Of a stretch of 27,354 nt of DNA, positions 26,323-27,354 are shown one piece after another. Below the pieces are notes generated by a model. It saw nothing but the letters and a program-made list of their open reading frames with translations, made no database searches and had not been told where the DNA came from. The DNA comes from Bacteriovoracaceae bacterium. Its GTDB lineage: Bacteria; Bdellovibrionota; Bacteriovoracia; Bacteriovoracales; Bacteriovoracaceae. The DNA lies in contig JBFGZE010000040.1 of NCBI GenBank assembly GCA_041586955.1, positions 1 to 27,354 on the forward strand, given 5' to 3'. How positions within the stretch are numbered: position 1 is the stretch's first letter; each line of letters begins with the position of its first letter. A program made the translations under genes and the position numbers.

Positions 26323-27354
<1,032 letters not shown>

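Overview
Bacterial genomic window, most likely from a predatory Bacteriovoracaceae/Halobacteriovorax-like member of Bdellovibrionota (16S signature). Left part (1-9.7 kb) is housekeeping: a YyaL/SSP411 thioredoxin-domain gene running off the left edge (absent from the ORF track), a lytic transglycosylase, cmk, a GT9 heptosyltransferase, heptose-7-P kinase, a DUF4416-like gene, pheS and pheT. The right end is an rRNA promoter, leader and partial 16S gene. Between them is a ~16 kb accessory block with two adjacent modules. (i) A surface-glycan module: two tandem degenerate CpsD/Wzc-kinase-like paralogues, a kinase-less polysaccharide co-polymerase, an SLBB/Wza-like protein, a WecA-like transferase and three GT4s, with no recognisable Wzx or Wzy. 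(ii) An apparently complete but non-canonical RiPP cluster: a precursor with a lasso-type YxxP leader, a two-Cys core and C-terminal Ser, an HPrK-like kinase, two PqqD/RREs, an S24/S26 peptidase, an NTP_transf_5 nucleotidyltransferase, a radical SAM/SPASM enzyme and an ABC-2 exporter coupled to a PilZ gene, with no lasso cyclase. The best candidate for an undescribed system is a radical-SAM-crosslinked peptide, phosphorylated at its C-terminus and then nucleotidylated or glycosylated, possibly attached to the neighbouring surface glycan. All family calls are from motif recognition by eye; no searches were run.
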